64,000 nt of DNA, taken from assembly GCA_030390025.1 (NCBI GenBank), contig CM059425.1, forward strand, positions 170,006,001 to 170,070,000, in the 5' to 3' direction. Below are positions 56,281 through 64,000 of this stretch, one piece after another. Within the stretch, counting starts at the first letter, position 1, and each line of letters opens with the position of its first letter. Below the pieces are notes generated by a model, which was not told the DNA's origin, made no database searches, and saw only the letters and a program-made list of their open reading frames with translations. A program made the position numbers and the translations under genes. This DNA comes from Squalus acanthias (taxonomy: Eukaryota).

Positions 56281-59208
56281 GCCGTGATAACTCCCACAAG
56301 ATAGGCAATAAATACAGCCTTTACAGTGTTCCTCACACCCTGAGTAAAAATTGGAAGATAATAAGGGGTTGAAATTCCAGTATTATTTGTGTTTACTTCA
56401 GATTTTAAGGATTAATGTTTGTTCTTTTTGACTCTATACATGTGAATGTGCAGTTTTCGGTGAAATTAGAATATTTAGGAATATAAGTGATACTGCTCAA
56501 AATTTGTTTTTCCCCTTTTAAATGGAAGTTCATAGGATAATTTTCCATATTTGTATTGATGATATGGAGCCTTGCTCACCCACCCCACCGCACCCCCCAC
56601 CCCACCCTCCCCCCACCCCCGGCTGCAAATATAATGAAACTGCTCTTTGTGGATGGAACGTGGTGGACAGTGTACATGCAATTTCCCAACATGCACTGCT
56701 GGCAGCCATGATCCCTTGTTGCTGGTATGAACTCAGGAAATCATCCTTTTTTATCTAGATATTCAAATATATGCTAAATAGACTATATTTGCTACAGTGG
56801 CCATTTGCCACCCTTATGCCACATTTATGCTGTTTACAAAGAAGCGGCTTATAACCAGATCTCCAATTATATTGTTCACAGTAAATTGGATGATAGTCTG
56901 TTTCATTAGGAATGGAGCATTATACCATGTAATGCACAATGTATTATTCTGCTGCTAAGGTGGCTCTGTGACCCTATAACGCCACTAAGTCTAATTCCCA
57001 ATAACTGAGGTCAACCAGAGTTTAAGTGCGGATTGGAAGCTGCTTTGAAGGTGACGTCTGATGTATAACATCTGGAATGTGTTGGAGGCACACTAGATAC
57101 TGACTAATCTACCATGCTGTTGTCCAAGGAGAGTGAGGACCAAGTGAATTCACTGAAAATGCAATAATGAAATGAAATATAATATATAATATATTAAAAT
57201 CATATGTTAGATATATGTAATCCACCGATATCTATTTTAGTATATTAAAAATTCTATGTCTGTGTGCACTTCCTGCCAACCTTTTCTATTATAAATTCCT
57301 ATGTCCACTTTTATAATAGAAATTTCCAGTATAAACTTGTCCCACTAATTATATCCTCATACCAGTGGTGGTACTAAATAAGTCAAATTCTATTTTTATT
57401 AAAAATTTATTCTGTGATTTGTACTGGTGCTTTACGGATTAAATTTCACAAATCTGTCCACTGCTCTGTGAAAAACTGTAAATGAGTGACATTTATATTT
57501 TATGTATATGCTCCTTTACCTCTGTATTACTTTTTTATTCTTTACTATTTTTAATGCTAAAAATACACAGCATGATGGTGTGCATGGTACACCAATCGGA
57601 GGAAGATGTCTGGTATTACAAGTAGAGGGGAAAGGGAATGGGGTTTAGCTGCACTGGGAGACAGTCCTCCACTTTGGTAGCAATGGGATATATCCTGGGC
57701 TTTGGTCACATTGGGGAATAGTCATAGCGTTTGGCAGAACTAGGGTAGTGGTCTTGGATTTCTGCAGTCCTGTAGTAGGCCTACTGGAGTTTGGCAGCAT
57801 GGAAGGCCCGTTGATCTGGCTCCACTGGGGAGGAGAAACCTGGCAGATCTATGGAAGGCAGAGCTGAGGTTTGTCACAACTGAGGGTTGAATGTGATGTT
57901 TGGCTCGCTGCTGGATTTTTGGTGTCTGCCAGGGTGAGGAGAGAGGCAGGGCACAGGCCTGACAGTACTGGTTGGGGTGGGGAGGATCCAATGTGTAGCC
58001 ACACTGGTTTATGACTTTCTCTGGGATCTTTGTAAACATTGCATTTGGTATTTTTTGATTGCCCTCTGGTTGTGTATCTGTTGCTATCTATCTCTCTCTC
58101 TTACAGCTTTAAAAAAATGTAAATATTCCAATTACTAACTATCGACAAAACACAGATGGTAATTAAAACTTCAAAATTCAACTCAATTGTTTATTTTTAA
58201 TTTTAAAACACAAATTAAATAAGAAAAGTTACTCTGTAGGTGTGACTCTCTGTCTATGTCCATCTCTAAGACTGACAGCTGTTAGCAATCAGAATGTTGA
58301 CATTTTCAGTCAACATAAGAGGTGATAATCGGGTGAGGTGATTCGAGACTGTTTGCTTCAAACTTCAACTAATTTCTTTCTGGAAAATGAACTCAGTTAC
58401 AAGGAGGAAGGATATTATTTCCCGGCACTTCCTGAAATTTTTATAGAACACAGAGCAAAAGCTATAACAGTAATCTTTTTACCCTCTCTCAGGCACACTC
58501 ACATAGCTTCTCTATTTAAACAATATCCTCACTATAAAATTCTACCTGAATAAAGGTTTTGTAACTTCTCCTCTAGCATTCCTTAAAATAATTCTGAATA
58601 ACCTATGATCAGAAACTGCCAGAAGCTAAACAAAAATATTCTACCAATATAATTAATGGCCTGATATTGATGCATCCTGGGAAATTAAATACATTGCACA
58701 TGCTCAAACTGAACAATCCAAATTCAGCTCACAGGCACAGCTCGAGTCAAAAATAGCAAGGTGTGAAGGAGGGCTGGGAAAATAAAATCAGCTAATAGTG
58801 AAAGGAGAAATAGATGAGGATAATATTCATGCAAAAAGCAATTTAGCAAGAGGAATATGCAGCAGATGATTAAAATCAAATGGATTATTTATAAACAAGG
58901 AAAAGCCTGAACTAAAGGTAGGGTTAACTTAGACAATAAAAAATCATGGAAAAAGGAGTAGTGACCACCCGCAGGGGCTTGTAAAGTAAAGGACCTCCCC
59001 CTGACCCTGTGAACTTTAGTGGGGTCAGCACCGAAAGTCCCAGGTGGATGCGACTCCCACCCCCCTCCCTCCCCCTCACAGGTGTTTGGCCTCTATACGT
59101 TTCTTTGTCACATAAGACTATGTAGAATCCATATACAATCTAGTGAACAAACATGAATAGTACTGTATATGTCAGAAGGTGCTATAATTCAATCCATTTT
59201 GATTTCAT

Positions 59209-59572
59209 GCCTTGGCTCAGTGGCTAACAGTTTTGCCTTTGAGTCAGAAGGTTATGGATTCATTTAACACTCCAGAGATTTGAGCACATAATCTAGGCTG
59301 ACACTCCAGTGCAGCACTGAGGGAGTGCTGCACTGCTGGAGTTGCTGTCCTTCAGATTAGACATTAAACTCAGGCCCCATCTGCCCTCTCGGGAAAGTTT
59401 AAGATCCCACGGCACTTTTCGAAGAAGAGCAGGGGAGCTCTTCCTTTGTCCTGGCAAACATTTATCCCTCAACCAACACTTAAAACAGAAGATCTGGTCA
59501 TTTGTTTCATTCCTGTTTGTGGGACTTAGCTGTGTGCAAACCAACTGCTGCATTTCCAACATTACACACCAC
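59209..59572 (+). mobile_element. Deu-domain SINE (SacSINE1/AmnSINE-like) with a tRNA-derived head
   Basis: A box TGGCTCAGTGG; core GCTGACACTCCAGTGCAGCACTGAGGGAGTGCTGCACTG..AAGATCCCACGGCAC..GAAGAAGAGCAGGGGAG, recognised as Deu-like from memory. Confidence 0.8.
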
Positions 59573-59574
59573 TA

Positions 59575-59700
59575 CAAAGAATGGGAGCACTTTCACCACA
59601 CGGACGGCAGCAGTTCAAGAAGAAAGCCCACCACCACCTTCTCAGGGAAACTAGAAATGGTTAACAAATGCTTGGCTTGCTAGCAACACCCATATCCAGC
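59575..59700 (+). mobile_element. 3' end of the same LINE family as 59958-62958, in opposite orientation
   Basis: GCAGCAGTTCAAGAAG..CACCACCTTCTCA matches the reverse complement of 59975-60070. Confidence 0.75.
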
Positions 59701-59957
59701 AAATTAAACTTTTTTGAAAGTTAGTCTTCAGTTTACTAATGCATAAGACAAATAACATAAGCCCTGTTTGCCAGGGAAACACTTTAATCACTTTTCGCAT
59801 GGAAAGGAGGCAACATCACGAGATGGTTTACATTTTTATCAAGTAGCAGGTTTTTCAACGGTACAGGGTCTCAAATGGTGGCATAGGTAGATATCAGGAT
59901 CCTTAGCAATGACCGCATGAAGCTGGTGTTGGATGACAGGAACAGAATAATGCAAAC

Positions 59958-62900
59958 TAATGTGTGATACCCTGGCAGCATTTATTGCCCATTCCTAATT
60001 GCCTTTGAGAAGGTGTGGTGGCCCCTCTTCTTGAACTGCTGCAGTGTGTGTGGTGAAGGTACTCCCACAGTGTTGTTAGGGAGGGAGTTCCAGGATATTG
60101 ACCCAGTGACGATGAAGGAACAGCGATATATTTCCAAGTCAGGATGGTGTGTGACTTGGAGGGGAACATGGAGGTGGTGGTGTTCCCATGCGCCTGATGC
60201 CCTTGTCCTTCTAGGTGGTAGAGGTTGCAGGTTTGGGAGGTGCTGTCAAAGAAGCCTTGGCGAGCTGCTGCAGTGCATCTTGAAGATGGTACATACTGCA
60301 GCCATGGTACGCCGGTGGTGGAGGAAGTGAATGTTTAAGGTGGTGGATGGGGTGCCAATCAAGTGGGTTCTTTCGTCCTGGATGGTGTCGGGCTCTTGAG
60401 TGTTGTTGGAGCTGCACTCATCCAGGCAAGCGGTAAGTATTCCATCACACTCCTGACTTGTGCCTTGTAGATGGTGGAAAGGCTTTGGGGAGTCAGGAGG
60501 TGAGACACTCGCCGCAGAATACCTAGCCTCTGAGTGGCTCTTGTAGCCACAGTATTTATGCGGCTGTTCTAGTTAAGTTTCTGGTCAATGGTGACCCCCC
60601 AGGATGTTGATGGTGGGAGATTCAATGATGGCAATGCCATTGAATGCCAAGGGGAGGTGGTTAGATTCTCTCTTGTTGAAGATGGTCATTGCCTGGCACT
60701 TGTATGGCATGAATATTACTTGCCACTTATCAGCCCAATCCTGGATGTTGTCCAGGTCTTGCTGAAGGCGGGCATGGACTGCTTCATTATTTGAGGAAAT
60801 GTGAATGGAACTGAATACTGTGCAGTCGTCAGTGAACATCCCCACTTCTAACCTTATGACGGAGGAAGGTCATTGATAAAGCAGCTGAAGATGATTGGGC
60901 CTAGGACATTGCTCTGAGGAACTCCTGTAGCAATGTCCTGGGGCTGAGATGATTGGCCTCCAACAACCACAACCATCTTCCTTTGTGCTAGGTATGACTC
61001 CAGCCAATGGAGAGTTCTCCCCCTGATCTCCATTGACTTCAATTTTACTAGGGCTCCTTGGTGCCACACTTGGTCAAATGCTGCCTTGATGTCAAGGGCA
61101 GTCACTCTCACCTCACCTCTGGAATTCAGCTCTTTTGTCCATGTTTGGACCAAAGCCGTACTGAGGTCTGGTGCCCTGGGCCTGACGGAACCCAAAATGG
61201 GCATCAGTAAGCAGGTTATTGGTGAGTAAGTGCCATTTGATAGCACTGTCGACGACACCTTCCATCATTTTGCTGATGATTCAGAGTAGGCTGATGGGTC
61301 AATAATTGGCCGGATTGGATTTGTCCTGTTTTTTGTGGACAGGACATACCTGGGCAATTTTCCACTTTGTCGGGTAGATGCCAGTGTTATAGCTGTACTG
61401 GAACAGCTTGGCTAGAGGTGCAGCTAGTTCTGGAGCACAATCTTCAGTACTACAGCTGGGATGTTGTCGGGACCCATAACCTTGCTGCATCCAGTGCGCT
61501 CAGCTGTTTCTTCATATCACGCTGAAGACTGGCATCTGTGATGGTGGGGACTTCAGGGGGAGGCGGATATGGATCATCCACTCGCCACTTCTGGCTGAAG
61601 ATGGTTGCAAATGTTTCAGTCTTGTCTTTTGCGCTCACATGCTGGAGTCCGCCATCGTTGAGGATGGGGATGTTCATGGAGCCTCCTCCTCCCGTTAGTT
61701 ATTTAATTGCCCACAACCATTCACAACTGGATGTGCCAAGACTGAAACCTTTGATCTGATCTATTGGTTGTGGGATCGCTTAGCTCTGTCTAGAACATGC
61801 TGCTTCTGCTGTTTAACATGCATGTAGTCCTGTGTTATAGCTTCACCAGGTAGGCACCTCATTTTTAGATATGCCTGGTGCTGCTCCTGGCATGCTCTAC
61901 TACACTCCTCATTGAACCAGGGTTGGTTGCTTGGCTTGATGGTAGAGTGAGGGATCTGCCGAGCCATATGGTTACAGGTTGTGGTGGAATACAATTCTGC
62001 TGCTGCTGATGCCCCACAGCGCTTCATGGATGGCCAGTTTTGAGCTACTAGATCTGTTCTGAATCTATCCCATTTAGCGTGGTGGTAGTGCCACACAACA
62101 CGATGGAGGATATCCTCCGTGTGAAGACGGAACTTCGTCTCCACAAGGACTGTGCGATGGTCACTCCTACCAATACTGTTATGGACAGATGCATCTGCGA
62201 CAGGTAGATTGGTGAGGACGAGGTCTAGTAGTTTCTTTCCTTGTGTTGGTTATCTCACCATCTGCCACAAGCCCAGTCTGGCAGCTATGTCCTTCAGAAG
62301 TCGGCTAGCTCGGACAATAGTGGTGCTACCGAGCCACTCTTGGTGATGGACATTGAAGTCACCCACCCAGAGTACATTCTGTGCCCTTGCTACTCTCAGT
62401 GCTTCTTCCAAGCGGTGCTCAACATGGAGGAGTATTGATTCATCAGCTGAGAGAGGGCGGTAGGTGATAATCAGCAGGAGGTTTCCTTGCCTATGTTTGA
62501 CCTGATGCCATGAGACGTCATGGGGTCCAGAGTCAAAGTTGAGGATTCCCAGAGCCACTCCTTCCCCACTGTATACCACTGTGCCATCATCTCTGGTGGG
62601 TCTGTCCTGCCGGTGGGACAGGACATACCCAGGGATGGTGATGGAGGAATCTGGAACGTCGGCTGATAGATTTGATTCTGAGTATGATTATGTCAGGCTG
62701 TTGCTTGACGAGTCTGTTACACAGCTCTCCCAATTTTGGCTCAAATCCCCAGATGTTGGTGAGGAGGACTTTGCAGGGTCGACTGGGCTGGGAGCGCCTT
62801 TCCCGCAGCCGAATCCGATGCCTAGGTAGATGCTGGGTGGTCCATTCAGGTTTATTCTTATACTTTTCTGTAGCGGTTTGTTACAACTGAGTGACTTGCT

Positions 62901-62958
62901 GGACCATTTCAGAAAGCAGTTAAGAGTCAACCACATTGCTGTGAGTCTGGAGTCACAT
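59958..62958 (-). mobile_element. Decayed CR1/L2-group LINE of a different family, covering most of ORF2
   Basis: ITYRPLS, WVGDFNVHHQEWLGS (endonuclease); DKSNPANY, ALDIKAAFDQVWH, GVPQSNVLGP, MFTDD (RT). Many frameshifts. Confidence 0.9.
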
Positions 62959-64000
62959 ATAAGAACATAAGAAATAGGAGCAGGAGTAGGCCATTCGGCC
63001 CTTCGAGCCTGCTCCGCCATTCAATGAGATCATGGCTGATCTTCTGCCTCAACTCCATTCACCGGCCCTATCGCCATATCTCTTGATGCCCTTACTAGTC
63101 AGAAATCTATCGACTTCTGTTTTGAATATACCCAAATGACTGAGCCTCCACTGCCCTCTGGGGTAGAGAATACCAAAGATTCACCACCCTCTGTGTGAAG
63201 AAATTTCTTCTCATCTCAGTCCTGAATGGCCTACCCCTTATTCTGAGACTGTGGCCCCTGGTTCTAGACTCCCCAGCCAAGGGAAACATTCTCCCAGCAT
63301 CTACCCTGTCAAGCCCTGTAAGGATTTTGTATGTTTCAATGAGGTCACCTCTCATTCTTCTAAACTCTAGAGAATATAGGCCTAGTTTACTCAATCTCTT
63401 CTCATACGACAGTCCCGCCATCCCAGGAATCAGTCTGGTGAACCTTCGTTGCACTCCCTCTATGGCAAGTAAATCCTTCCTTCGGTGATGAGACGAACAC
63501 TGTACATAATACTTCAGGTGTGGTCTCACCAGGGCCCTATATGATTGCAGTAAGACAACTTTACTCTTATACTCAAATCATCTTGTAATAAAGGCCAACA
63601 TACCATTTGCTTTCTTAATTGCTTGCTGTACCTGCATATTAACTTTCAGTGATTCGTGTACAAGGACACCCAGGTCCCACTGAACACCAACATTTCCCAA
63701 TCTCTCACCATTTAAAAATACTCTGCTTTTCCATTTTTCCTACCAAAGTGGATAACTTCACATTTCTCCACATTATATTCCATTTGCCATGTTCTTGCAC
63801 ACTCACTTAGCCTGTCTATATCCCCTTGAAGCCTCTTTGCATCCTCCTCGCAACTTACATTCCCACCCAGCTTTGTATCATCAGCAAACTTGGATATATT
63901 ACATTTGGTCCCCTCATCCAAATCATTGATATAGATTGTGAATAGCTGAGGTCCAAGCACTGATTCTTGCGGTACCCCACTAGTTACAGCCTGCCAACCC
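62959..64000 (-). mobile_element. CR1 LINE 3' portion, continuing beyond the window
   Basis: AAGAACAT tail; LGPQLFTIYINDLDEG..FADDTKL; LYSLEFRRMRGDLIETYK. Confidence 0.96.

Overview
Eukaryotic, repeat-dominated genomic DNA, most likely from a cartilaginous fish (shark). This is inferred from the mix of CR1, L2, RTE, Deu-type SINE, Penelope-like and PIF/Harbinger families. I recognise no host protein-coding exon with confidence, so the window looks intronic or intergenic. The main structures are: (i) a complete PIF/Harbinger DNA transposon (37339-41556; 12-bp TIRs, CAT TSD) with an intact DDE transposase and a spliced but frameshifted Myb/SANT partner gene, its non-autonomous derivative (18582-19474), and about a dozen other Harbinger-type MITEs or remnants; (ii) a CsRn1-type Gypsy provirus with both LTRs (29389-33345; tRNA-Trp PBS, GGAT TSD); (iii) a nested stack at 42985-52187 (old Harbinger < CR1-A < near-intact CR1-B, plus a MITE). 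The most striking signal is in CR1-B. ORF1 ends on an in-phase U-UUA-AAC slippery heptamer directly before its stop, and ORF2 continues in the -1 frame with no AUG ahead of its endonuclease domain. This suggests ORF2 is made by programmed -1 ribosomal frameshifting. All calls were made by eye, without database searches.
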